A DNA stretch of 63,919 nucleotides, counting the filler, from Choristocarpus tenellus KU-1152 (taxonomy: Eukaryota; Protista; Phaeophyceae): assembly GCA_964200185.2 (NCBI GenBank). It is 10 parts of 10 records of this genome, joined end to end, with 100 filler letters (N's around TTAATTAATTAA, not from the genome) between each part and the next. Parts side by side here need not be neighbours in the genome. Positions count along the whole stretch, not along the records: positions 27,177 to 52,911 come from CAXNAD020000178.1; 9 more parts are not named here. The stretch is one strand, 5' to 3'. Below are positions 39,924 through 52,400 of the stretch, piece after piece. The notes below the pieces were generated by a model. That model searched no databases and was not told where the DNA came from. It saw only the letters and a program-made list of their open reading frames with translations. The stretch's first letter is position 1. Every line of letters starts with the position of its first letter. Position numbers and translations under genes: made by a program.

Positions 39924-42189
39924 CATTTTCAGGCAGAGGACACTTGGAAGTATTTTGCGAACTGTTGATATTGATTGTAGCAGCAGATGCCCAGTTCAGT
40001 GGTTTGTTTCCCCTTGTTTATGACTTGAAAGTTATCTGTTGATATTAATTCAAGTACGAAACACACTATGCACCTTAGGGTTAGGGTTAGAGTTAGCAAA
40101 AGTATGTAGTATGATTAGTATTTCTAGTGCTGTGTATCCCTGAACTGTTTATGCAGCCAATAGAGCTCACACTCCAGGTATAGTAATGCAGAGTAGCACA
40201 TCTCGGAAACTGTAACACTCGTATGAGACAGGTTCATCATTTAGCACTATGCTGCAAATATATATTTTCCACATGACAAATATTGCGGACCTAATTTGCT
40301 CAAGCATTGCTGAACAATGAGCTATTGTCACAGAGCGCTGCCCTCAGTCAACCAACATTAGAGAGCAAATTGCCTGAAGTGTTAGGATTAGGACTTAAGG
40401 GTGTAAAATAGTCAATGTACACAAGCGATTGCTGGAGAACAAGGACAGACGGATGTTGGGAGTTGGTACAAAATACATTTTTTCTTTTTATGTTAGTATC
40501 TATTACAGGGTAATTGTGGTACCTTGTATAGTCTTTTTAGCATATTTTGGGTTTATGATTGTTTAGGGTTAGGGTTATCTTTGGGTGTATTGTTGCTTTG
40601 GTGTTATTTTGTGTATTTCCTGGCAGATGGTTGTATATTGTGTCCCTCAGGATGAGCAAGACGATCTGTGTATGGAGCTGAAGTGCTATTTGGAGTATTC
40701 TAGGCAGATTTTCATATTTTGTGTTCTTTTGTGTGGGTATGTAAATCTGTGTATGGACTCTTGTCTTGTCACATGTCCATGGACTGATATTCATACTTAG
40801 AGTTGTGGATTTGAATAGATTTGATGACACTCATAGGTAGGAGATTTCATATACCAAAAGACCATGTGAATATTGAATATCTTAAGATATTTTGGAACAC
40901 ATGGATGACACTCAGTTCATCTTGGTGTACTGCATCGCCTTACCATCTGATATAACCCTAACCCTAACCACAAGACATACATTCAAGCACTTACTGAGAC
41001 CTATACATCTTGAGATATGATGACCGTCTTGTGCTATATTGAGCATTGAGGCTCCTACCTGTTCTGCACCACCAGGTGAGTGAACATTGTGTAACATATA
41101 CTCAAAATGTCATAGTCGCAATATTTTAGTGTGATGTACAAACCATCGATATATCCAAACTAGTTATCCCTTGCTGTTAATCCAAGTTATGATAGTGTTG
41201 GTGTGGAAGTCCAACGGGGATTTTGCTAGGCAAATCCTTGTGGTGATCTTCAGCCTCTATGTATCTGATCTGAGCCTTCTCTTTCTCGACATATCTTACC
41301 CTAACTCTAAGTGATACCCAATATCATCGCAGTCCCACAGGTGGTGGAGTGACTAAGTAGTTTCCGAACTGGATTAGTGAATGATTTATCTCCCAATGAT
41401 GCCTACAGTCAACCATGAAGCTTGTACTTGCTTGGGTTGCAGCTCTGGAGTTTGATGGGCTCAATGATTATGATAACGGCATATTCTCTCATTGGGTAGA
41501 TGTTAAGATCATCATGCAGTTTCAAGGATTTAGCGATGAATGTTTTTTCAAATTTTTGAGGTGCTGGGCTTTCAATCTAGAATGTCCTGAATTTAAGAGT
41601 GTGAGGAGGGCTGTGGATAGCATGGTATAAAATGTTGTCAAAGCAAGAGAGGGCATTGGTAGTAGGTCCTGAGACACATATGGACGCCACTGGTGGAGTT
41701 GCAGTCAAGGTACAAAATGGAGAATGGTCAGCGCCAGTGGGATTGGCAACAGGGCCACTGACTTGTTGCAATGATACACCACTATTACCCCCAGTGAGCC
41801 ATGATCATGAAAGCCCTCCCCCCCCTAGCTGTTGAGGGGCCTCGCGAGAGATTTTGGGGCACACTCGTATTTGCTTGTCATTTCCTGTAGGAAGAGGGTC
41901 ATGGTGGGTTGAGTTAAAGCTGTTACTGCATCCAATCACAACATCATACAATTCAAAGTGTATGCTGTCCTTACGAGTGCTGGGGTGCCACAATCAATCC
42001 CTCCAAATAACACATCACCAGCATACAGAGTCAATTGTTACTTCCTAGTGTGTCGGTACATACTTCTGTGATCATGCACACTGACACCCTAACCCTAACC
42101 AATTTGGTTAGATTGGTACAACCTTCTTAAGGTGAACTGCAGAAATGAGTTCTTGCAGGTAGAGGCATTTCTAATCTAGATCCATTAAT

Positions 42190-42470
42190 AGAAGCAGAAA
42201 CCTCAACACCTTCACAGTGGAAAGTTTTGGGCGCCTTGGTAAACAAGCAGAAAGTTTTCTGCATGAGCTAGATACACATGTGGTAGGGGGGAGAGGGACA
42301 GGAGGATATTAGCAGGAAAGGGGCTGTCAAATCCCATCTACGACAGATATTCTCTGTCACATCACAGGTAGCCCTATCCAGACTGGTCATGCGCTTTAAG
42401 CTGGAGACACCAGGGAGATGGGCAAGAAGAGGCTTGTTAGATTCATGGGATGCCTCCCTAGCCCTCACCC
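42190..42470 (+). mobile_element. 3' fragment of a CRE-like (restriction-like endonuclease) non-LTR retrotransposon
   Basis: Translates TFTVESFGRLGKQAESFLHEL..HVVGG, then after a frameshift KGAVKSHLRQIFSVTSQVALSRLVMRFKL. This matches the (V/L)E(S/T)FGRLG RLE C-terminus. Confidence 0.75.
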
Positions 42471-43692
42471 TGGAGTACAGGACTAAGCTAGGTTAGTTAG
42501 AGACACAGGAAGGGAGCAGTGTAGCATAACTTATGAAGTAAAATAGGGAATAGATTATTGTGTTTCACTTCTATGACAACTGTTACTTCTTTAGGGTTTA
42601 TTCTGACATGCGAATAGTTTTTGTTGATTTTTCTTTATCTATAAAATGTCAGTGCATAATAATAAAATAGTAGAAGCAGATTGATTTATGCCCTGCTTTT
42701 TATCTGGTCGGGCCGTTAGCATGTCCACTGTTGGTCATACGGCCATAGTCCAGTCCGTGGGCCAGCCATGTTGAAACGGTAAATAGTCATGGACTTGGCC
42801 GTGATGAACATTTTATCTGTGGTCGATCAGGTAATTTTTTTACACTCAGGCCGGCCATGTTACGGGCATGCCTCATAATTTTGAATTCACTCTCCTCTTG
42901 AATATTGTATCCTAAATTTTTTATGTCTATTGTAAGAAGGGAAACTTCATGAAGTAATCAGAGTCTTGTGGGTGAAAGAATTCTGGTGGTCGTAATGTGG
43001 TACAGGGGAGGGGGAGAGGTGAGGAAGGGAAAACTAGTCAAGAGGTGAACAATGAGTTAAGTACTGAGTGATTAGGAGGTAGAATAGGTAGGAGAGAAGT
43101 TAAAGAAGTGGTTAGTAGGTGGAGGCACAACGTAAGAGGGAATGGTCAGTATGTAAAGAAAACCGAGGCCTGGTGGTATAAGACAAGGAGGGGCTTGAAC
43201 AAGACAACCTCCGAGCAAGCTCTCCCGCCCACCCACCCCTTCGCTTGCTCACGACAAATTAGGATGCTGGGTAAGGGGAGGGGAGGTCAAGTTTGGGCGG
43301 GGTAGATGTCTTATAGTTCAAAGGCACGGTATGAAGTGGATGATGAAGGGGTGTTCGATGATTGTGGAGTCGTGTTGAGTGATGCGGGGTTGAGAGGGGT
43401 TGAAGGGTGGGGTGATGACTGGAAATCAGTAGCGAAGGAGTCGAACTGGTTTGTCACAAGTGGTGATAGAATGGGGAGCAGGGTAATGGGTGGAATGCAA
43501 ACATAGAATAAAATAATAATAATAATAATATAATGATCCAGAACTCGTGAGCAAAACAAAGTACAGTGTATATCGTGATACCCTTATTTTATTTCATGTT
43601 CTATTCAGAATATGAAAATTGTAAAATTGACTCAAACATTTTACGTTGTTGGGTGTTTCAAGTTATTGTGACCCGTGTGTGCATGAATGTCT

Positions 43693-43956
43693 GGATCAAA
43701 GTATCTTAGAGGGCAGACCCACGTCCATTTGGGGGCCAAAATCCAATGTTGCGATTCTGATGTAACTTTGGCTATCGTGTTTGTTAGGAAGTGTCAGTAT
43801 CCTTGTTCCAGACCAACCTTTTCATAACGTGTTCATTTTACCTATTCCGAAATATTTTGGAGTAGGAAAACATCGTAAAAACCCCAAGGGAAGTCAAGCA
43901 CCAAATGGACAAACAGGGCAAAAGTCGTACCCTCTCTTAATAAGATACTTTCACTC
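43693..43956 (+). mobile_element. MITE family B (Sola-like), complete, 4-bp TSD GTCT
   Basis: GTCT|GGATCAAAGTATCTTAGAGGG...TAAGATACTTTCACTC|GTCT. Confidence 0.92.
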
Positions 43957-44872
43957 GTCTCACATTCACACTTGAATTAAAACGTAGTAGAAATGGTCAG
44001 GACATGCCAGAAAAAAATATAAATGATGGGAGGGCGAGGTCCAGATAGGCAGTAGAGTAGACATGGATCGGTATAATACCGTGTGCACATGGTCAGACAA
44101 TATTTGACGTGATCCAGCTTGTGGACATAGTCCGATTCAATACTAGTGGATATGGACTACGACATGTTAAATAGTCGTGGGACTAGTCCGGCCATGGCCA
44201 TGGACATGGACATGGACTTATTAAATTTGCTGGCCCCGTGAAAAGTCCTGGACTTATCTGAATGTACTTTACTCTCACTTAGGAAGAATTTCAAAATTTT
44301 TCTTCTGTGTTTCTTTGCACAGGGAAGCATTTTGTCCATGAGTTGAAGGAGGGCGAGAAAAACGATCAAGGTTCCATGTTAGGGTTAGGGTTAGAGTCAG
44401 CTGTAGATGTGTATCACCAAAGCTTTCCAAGTCCAAGGCATCAAAGTGGGTCAGTCTTTTTTTTCTCTGCCTCATTATTCTGCCAAACACATCAACAAAC
44501 GTATCTATGTTATCTCAAAACATACTCAAAACATAGTCAACACTCAGCAATAAAAAAATCACACAATCACACAAGATTAAGAAATTTCCTTTCAAAAAAT
44601 GTTCCTCTTGAATATAAAATTCTGCCCACACGCTTGTTTCTACTTGATACTTATCAACACTATGTCACAAAACAAAAATACCTTGAACTATCAATGTTTT
44701 AGAGTTGAAGATAATGTAGTACTATATGACTCAAAGGTACAGTCGCTTCCACCCTCAAGAAAGACCAAGATAGACAGGACCACTATCTATGCATAGTACT
44801 GTGGTCAAGCAAGTCTAACACAAGACAAGACAGATGACAATCAGCGTTGTTTCATGTGTGCTCCATGTGCAT

Positions 44873-47800
44873 TTAAGTGAGCTCCTTGACGATCCTCTTC
44901 TTCCTGTCAGGTACCAATTTGACTGTCCCTGGTTGACTGTGCTTGATGCGGTTGTCAGTCTTGAAGGATACAAAACAAATGAAGATACAGTTTCAGTAAC
45001 ATGAGCAACATGAGCAACATGAGTAGTAATATCAGAACACAAGAGAGGAAGGCGCTGGTGAGAAAGTGAATGTATGCAGCATTGTTTTGCAGAAAAAACA
45101 TTTCATAGATTTATATATATTGCTATGGAGTTAAGCTCTAGAGCTCTTGTATGGACTACTACAGCAAGTATCAATAAAAAACGAACTGTGTGTTATGGTA
45201 CATAGCTGTTCTTGTCCAAGGGTTAGAAACAACACAAGTCACATACGTATTACTTACAAAAACAGCCTTTCTAAAAACATCTCTTACTGGTATGTTGGTG
45301 TATCAGAAGGCCTTCACTGCAAGCAGTACAATGTTTTTTTTTGTCCTTCATGATAACATCTACTAAATGTCAGTGAAAATTTCAATGACCTGTTATTATG
45401 TTTGTAATGTATTCTGTATAACATAATAAATATGACAGATCACAGGAGTTATGTCTGGTCTATGTGACACTACACTCACTATACTATTGACAATGTCATG
45501 TTCAAGTGTATGAATAGAGTTTGCTCACACCAAGCAGTCTCATGTTACTCTCATGCTACACTGAATGAGGTTAGTCTCATGTCATCACAAGTGCTTTTCT
45601 CCCTCCTGTTTAACCCTAACCCTAACCCTAACCCTAAGTCCTCGCCTTGCCATGAATAACTTCTACAGCTACCACTATTACCACATTACTACTACAATAG
45701 AAAGTCTCTACAATGTAAACTTCATCCATACCCTTTCTGAGAAAATCAATGGTCTGTCTCCAGAGGGCTTATTTAACACTATACATATACTGGGTGATGG
45801 CCTTCAAATGTCAAAATCATGATTCACCTCTTGTACTGCGACAAACCAAGGTACTATGAACAGCCACTATCATGCCTTTGCAGTATACTTGTTCAACACA
45901 AATGTATTGATGTACACATGTCATGGTCAGTCAGTGAGTGAATGCTAATGCTAATGCTAATAATAAAAATAAAATAGAGGTTACCTTTCGGCGGGCCTTA
46001 TCCCTCTGTAACCTCTCGGCCTCTGCAGCCTTCTTGATGATCTTTGGTACATGTCTATGCTTGGCAATACGCCTGATCTCAGGCATGTGTGCATACCTGA
46101 GGGAGAGAGTTGCACAGCACAGGCAACAAGCAATAAAGAGACCACTTCAACAACTTCAATACCTTGAATACAACTAACACAATTAACACACAATAAACAA
46201 GAAAAACTACAAAAATATCGTATCAACAATAAAACAACAATCATGAGAGGACAACGGTATTTACGCCTGGAGACTTAGAAGTATAGCAAGATAGACATGA
46301 TGCTTTGTCTCACTCAGAGGCCAGTCTCCCCTCCCCATCCCACACAGGTCAAGTTACTACACACAGAAACACTTAATTCAGTCTGGTCTAACCCACTAAA
46401 ACTTATCATCATACTTTTATACCCTTTGTTGGACAATGTACCTTAAATAGTCTTGAGAACAGATAACAGAAAATCTCACACATGTAGGGAACCAAACCCT
46501 TTAACTTTATTACTTTATATGTATGACTTTAAATGTGGCTCTTTTGGTCGGATGTTTAACAATCAGCTGAGTTTACTACTATTTCTAGTAGTGCTATGAA
46601 CAAAAGTTAAATCATCTGTCAGTTCAATTTAAATCAGGGGCAAATTCTTTTTAAGTAATCCATAAAAGCCAAAACTTACACAGGGCACACAAAATGAGGC
46701 ATGTGTCCTCATCTCCTAACCTCCTCAAGGACATTGTGCATGTTTGCAAGAAAATCAGCCAATCAAAAAACATCCCCACTACCCAGTCAAACAAATACAC
46801 TTACCTACTGAAAAATTGAGTGTACAAGCATCAGGCAACCACGCACTGTTTCATCTATGATCTATATACATCAGGGTTAGGGTTACATTAGATGTACTCA
46901 AAGAGAGTGGCAATAGTGTTGATAGTATTACTAGTAGCCCTGTTCACTAGTAATGGTCATAGTTTTAGGGTTAGTGTAGAACTGGTGTGGATGCAGCAAC
47001 GCTACCTGTACTATAAAGCTGTGAATAGTAATGATTGAGTCGATATGTTTGTTTGATATCTTCAACAAAAGAGCACAGCATTTTCTTAGTTCTTCTGGCC
47101 AAAGGAAGTCAACAGACCCTAACCCTAACCCTAACCCTAAGTCAATGGTAACAGTCAGTGTCGACACTTCTCTCGCTGAACCTTTATAGTTAGGGTTAGG
47201 GTTAGGAGTACGACCAACATAAGTGAACAGGCGTAAACAAGGAAGATACTCTAATGATATGAGGTCATCTGCTTGTCTGTGTTAGTCATGATGATTATCA
47301 TTTGGGGTGGTGCACTAGCCATTTTGTACCTCTTCTTGAGGCTGTCCCTGTAATCCAGCTGTCTTTGTTCCCTTCCAACCATTGTCCCAAGTCTCTCCGA
47401 AGCTCTTGCTTTCCATATTCGGAGGTTAGTGTCATCACTCCCTGACACAACAAACCTGATCAACACAACATAACATGACGTAACATTCAAACATCCATGC
47501 CAAGGGTGTTACAGCAACTGTGAACATAACCATTAGGAATTGTATTGCATGGGATAAATAGTGTCAGAGGAGTCAGATGTGGACGAGAAAGGGTCAAGTC
47601 ACATCAATCTAACAACCAATGTCACATCACAGTCAATTTATACAATCTAACAAACTTCTAACAACCAATGTAGGTATTCAACACCTACATTGTATTTGTC
47701 CAATCAAATAGGAAAAAGAAAGGTTGCGCCGATTTGATTGGACAAATACAATTAGATCATCAAACAGTTCACTATGAAAGGTTCACCTCCCACCATCTCT

Positions 47801-50699
47801 ATCTATCTATCATATCATCACACTGAGCTCCTCCCTATTCTCTACAAGAACTCACACATATGTTTCATACTGGCACTACCCTTTTGTCAAGTTTCTCATT
47901 TTTGGGTGGGTTGATACAATCTTCCACAATGTTTTTTTTTTGTTCTGTTGTGATTGAACGTATCTATAATCCTATAGGGTTAGGGTTAGGGATAGGGTTA
48001 GCATCCTATCTACCATTGGGTTAGGGTTAGGGTTAGCATCCTATCTACCATTCTCTTGCACTGGCTACATGACCAATAGTGCATACTTGGATCTACTTCA
48101 CTACTTCACTAATACACAACCGTTAATAATAACAATAATAATAATAATAATAATAGTAATAATAATAATAGTAATAATAATATAATAATAATAATAATAG
48201 TAATAATAATAATAATACCCGACACAATACTATAATGAGTGACACTTAATGCAGTGAAGGCTAAAGGCAAACACAAAAACCTCCTTTCCTTTCCTTTCCT
48301 ACAAGACTTAATAAATAATAATAAATATCACTCACCAGGACAGTACTGTTACATAGACTACATATACTACATAGATTACACATAGATTACACATACTACA
48401 TAGACCAATACCAAGAAAGAAAAGTCATATCCACCAATGGTGATTTCAATCATTTTTCATCTCTAGTGAATATGACATCACATTGTAACAGAACCAGCAT
48501 GTCCTCTTGTGTTAATACCATTAATACCATTAATAGTATTAGGGTTAGGGTTATACCATTAATACAATTAATACCATGGTATTACCAAAGAGTGGTAATA
48601 ATAGAAACTTCTGCTACAGAGTGTGAGAGAGAAGAGGTATGCATTGCATCATTGTATTTTCTAAGACTGAGAGTTGGCTCATGGGCAGAAACATCACATC
48701 AAACCAAGCCTGAGTATGTCCCTTGACCAACAATAATAAAACTAATGATATATTTCAAGTACTGCCAATGTAATACCAATTCTCATACAGGATATCACGA
48801 TATCTCATGATTGATACATTAGAAAGATTGACAAAAACCAGGTAGTTATCAAACCTACACCTTGTCCAGACACAAAGGATGTATCTGTCAGGAAAGAGTG
48901 ATTACATCCATTGTCAATAAAAGTGCAACAGCAGTATCTCAATGTCTCAAAGGTCAACAGAAGGTACATCCAAATGTGACAAAAAAAAATGTCAAAAGTC
49001 AACAGAAGGTACAAACTACACCCCACCAACAAAACACTCAAGGAATTTAAAAAAAAACAAGATATGATAACAATGATCACAGCATGGAATAGAGATCAAG
49101 GCAACTAACTAACTGATTGACTGACACAAAGAGCTGCACAGCAAACAGGACAGTAAACAGAGGAACTAAACAGAGGAGGAAGTAACCCAATGCCCTCTAC
49201 ACAGTACAGTTTCTGTTTAACCCAATCCCAATCCCAAGTGTCGAACACATCTAAATAGCATAATGCCATTTTGTTCCTTCCTTGCCTGGAGTCTGCAGTG
49301 AAGTTAACACAAAACACTCTTTGCATCCGCTTGGTGTGATAGACTTCCCTTGATCGTCCTGCCTGTCTATCAAAGATGCGCACTGTACGGTCATATGCGG
49401 CAGAAGCAAACTCTTGACCAGTAGGAGAGAAACTCACATCCATGACTGCCGACACATGATCCTTGTGGACCATCAGAGCCTGGTACACAAAAACAACGAC
49501 CAGATTCACATACATCAAGTCATAGTCATAGTCGAAGTCATAGTCGAAGTCATAGTCATAGTCAAAGTCATAGTCAAAGTCATAGTCAAAGTCATAGTCA
49601 TAGTCATAGTCAGTCATAGTCATAGTCAAATTCAGTCATAGTCATAGTCAAAGTCATAGTCAAATTTATAGTCAAATTCAGTCATAGTCATAGTCAAAGT
49701 CAGTCACAGTCATAGTCATAGTCAAAGTCATAGTCAAAGTCATAGTCAAATTCATAGTCGAAGTCATAGTCATAGTCATAGTCAAAGTCAAATTCAGTCA
49801 GTCATAGTCAAAGTCAGTCATAGTCATAGTCGAAGTCATAGTCAAAGTCATAGTCAAATTCATAGTCAAATTCAGTCATAGTCAAAGTCAGTCACAGTCA
49901 CAGTCATAGTCAAAGTCATAGTCAAAGTCTAGTCAAAGTCATAGTCAAAGTCAAAGTCGAAGTCATAGTCAAAGTCATAGTCAGTCAAAGTCATAGTCAT
50001 AGTCAGTCAAAGTCATAGTCATAGTCAGTCAAAGTCATAGTCATAGTCAAAGTCAGTCATAGTCATAGTCAAAGTCAGTCATAGTCATAGTCAAAGTCAT
50101 AGTCAGTCAAAGTCATAGTCATAGTCAGTCAAAGTCATAGTCATAGTCAAAGTCAGTCATAGTCATAGTCAAAGTCAGTCATAGTCATAGTCATAGTCAA
50201 ATTCAGTCATAGTCATAGTCATAGTCAAAGTCATACTTAACGTTCAAGTTAAAAACATTTTATTGATAGAACATCTCTCTATAGTATCCACATTCTATGT
50301 ATGTATATTCATCATAACTAAGAAATCTAATTCAAATTGTATTCATTGTAACTAAGAAGTATAATTCAAATTATATTCATTATAACAAAAAAATACATCG
50401 CTCAAAGCATATTCATCGTAACTAAGAAATATCATTCAAATTATATTCATTATAACTAAGAAGCATCATCCAAATTATATTCACTATAACTAAAAAAATA
50501 TCATTCAACGTTGACAATGATGATCTCACCACAGAACAGTCCCAGTATCAAATGACAGATGCACTAGCAGTGAATAAATTACCTGTGATAAATTTCTCAT
50601 GTCAAATGTGTGTAGGTTATAGTCCTCATTAGCACATACAAAGTTCATCGGCTCCTGCGGGTTCCATGCCACAGCATTCGATCGCATCTGGAGCACCAC
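44873..50699 (-). CDS. DCAF13: DCAF13/SOF1 (U3 snoRNP WD40 protein), 3' five exons: 50699-50583, 49479-49286, 47455-47330, 46096-45985, 44959-44873
   Basis: MRSNAVAWNPQEPMNFVCANED, HKDHVSAVMDVSFSPTGQEF, SREVYHTKRMQRVF, SGSDDTNLRIWKARASERLG, YAHMPEIRRIAKHRHVPK, NRIKHSQPG. Intron phases are consistent. Upstream exons are not found in this contig. Confidence 0.95.
48124..48216. repeat. (TAA)n microsatellite
   Basis: Direct reading. Confidence 0.95.
49518..50234. repeat. ~715-bp (AGTCAT/AGTCAA)n hexamer satellite in a DCAF13 intron
   Basis: Direct reading. It ends about 37 nt from the splice acceptor. Confidence 0.97.
50306..50508. repeat. 34-bp AT-rich minisatellite x6
   Basis: The unit TATTCATYRTAACTAAGAARTATCATTCAAATTA is repeated head to tail. 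Confidence 0.85.
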
Positions 50700-51239
50700 C
50701 TGACAGTTACAATTACAGTTACAATTACAATTACAGTTATTGTGATAGTCAAACCAACTGGTTGATCGGTTTCTATTGCTAGGTTATCTTGTCATTGACC
50801 TGGTGTATACCATTGTGGGTGTTAATGTGCGTGTGGGTGTTGTTAAAACACCATCTGTAGTAAATGCCTCATCTTAGAGTTAGGGTTAGGGATATCATGG
50901 TGTAAAATACCTTCGAAGGTTTGTGTGCGTTATTAAAAACAGGTCAAAAGGGTGTGCCAACTTGTGTCCCATATAGTCCCTTGAAGAGTGTACGAATGTC
51001 TAACCCTAACCCTAACCCTAACCAAGTCATCTACTTGGCAGCTTCAAGCAAAACAAATCAGAGTGAGGCCAAGTCACTAGACGTGAAAACTCTTGACCAA
51101 ATAAGGTACACGGTACTACCTTATTTGGGTGCCATACATCTGTACCGCGTTGTCCATAGATCCATACCGTTTGAAGATGATCAAATTCATTTCTGAAAGA
51201 AGATTTGAAATCCTTGACGAATTTCTGGTAAGGGGTCAG

Positions 51240-52400
51240 CTCTTTTTTATTATTATTACTCCCCATCCATCACAATTTTATCAGTCACATAAAAACGCCT
51301 CCATGTCTAGCTTCGGAGTGTTTTCAAACTCAACAGACAACTACCTCAAGTCATTCTTCTTTACCCTTGTGTGCTTCACACTCAAGTCATTTCCCCCCTT
51401 TCTATCTAAGGACTTGATTGTACACCACAAGAAGGAGCTGCCAAGCCCTCTCAAGTGCGGTTTCATCATACTCCTCATACTGTTTCTTAATGACCTTCAC
51501 CATCTCCTCCACGGACCTAAGCCGCTCCCCCATCACCCACCAATTTAAAGACCTGAAGGAGCACAGGTCCATGATATTGAGGTCAGGGGAGTTAGATGGC
51601 TTCCCCTGCAACCAAGGCAGCTTGGTCTTGATTGCAGGCAGTAACTCCTCCGTGTACCACTTCCTGCACCACAAATGGTCTAAAGTACGGTCCGACTCAT
51701 ACACATACACATACACATACTCATATACATACACATATAAATATACATATATATACACATCCACATCCACATACACATACACATACCCCTTTTTATGGTT
51801 CTAATAACGGTTCTTGCTTGTCCTGTCTGCCGTTATTGGTGCAAACACACACCAAACACCAAGCTTTCCATCAAAGCCATCTAAGCCTTGTGCTGAACCT
51901 GAGAGGGCGTTGGCAGCAATGATCATGGCTTTGGGGATATGACTCTTGTAATGCACAGGAGGGGACCCAGGAAGGTCACCATCATCCTCATACGGAAATA
52001 CCCTAACCCTAACCCTAACCCCATCAGCCATCACGTAAAACCAGGTTTCACCCAAATAACCCTAACCCTAACCCTAAGATGGGTAGTGTTATGTTCAACA
52101 CGGAGGCGTTCACACCACATTTCCGGTGCACGTTGTTGCAAACAAAAAAAGGGTTCAAGCTTGAGTCCATTCTCCATACCATACCTTTTGCCACAATTTA
52201 AGGGTTAGGGTTTAATCCAGCGGCGATTCGACATGGCCCCCATATCATCATCCAACCACCTGTTTATGGTGCTCGTGCTATAATTGAGCCCCTTGGTGAC
52301 CATTTTCATTGTCACCTGACGCACTGTGGATGACCGATTATTGGAGTTAATAATATGTATTGCGACCATCTTGGTCGGTGTGAGCACCAAAGGTCACCAT
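51240..52400 (-). mobile_element. Decayed plant-type mariner (DD39D-like) transposase, upstream of the first visible DCAF13 exon (presumably intronic)
   Basis: ETWFY, KSHIPKAMIIAA, FDGKLGVW, LLPAIKTKLPW, NSPDLNIMDL and KGGND motifs. Disrupted by stops, a deletion, a (TACACA)n tract (51698-51786) and telomeric arrays. Confidence 0.85.

Noticed and set aside
50306-50508. 34-bp periodic array that superficially resembles CRISPR
   Set aside because: Head-to-tail minisatellite with no unique spacers and no cas genes, inside a eukaryotic intron.
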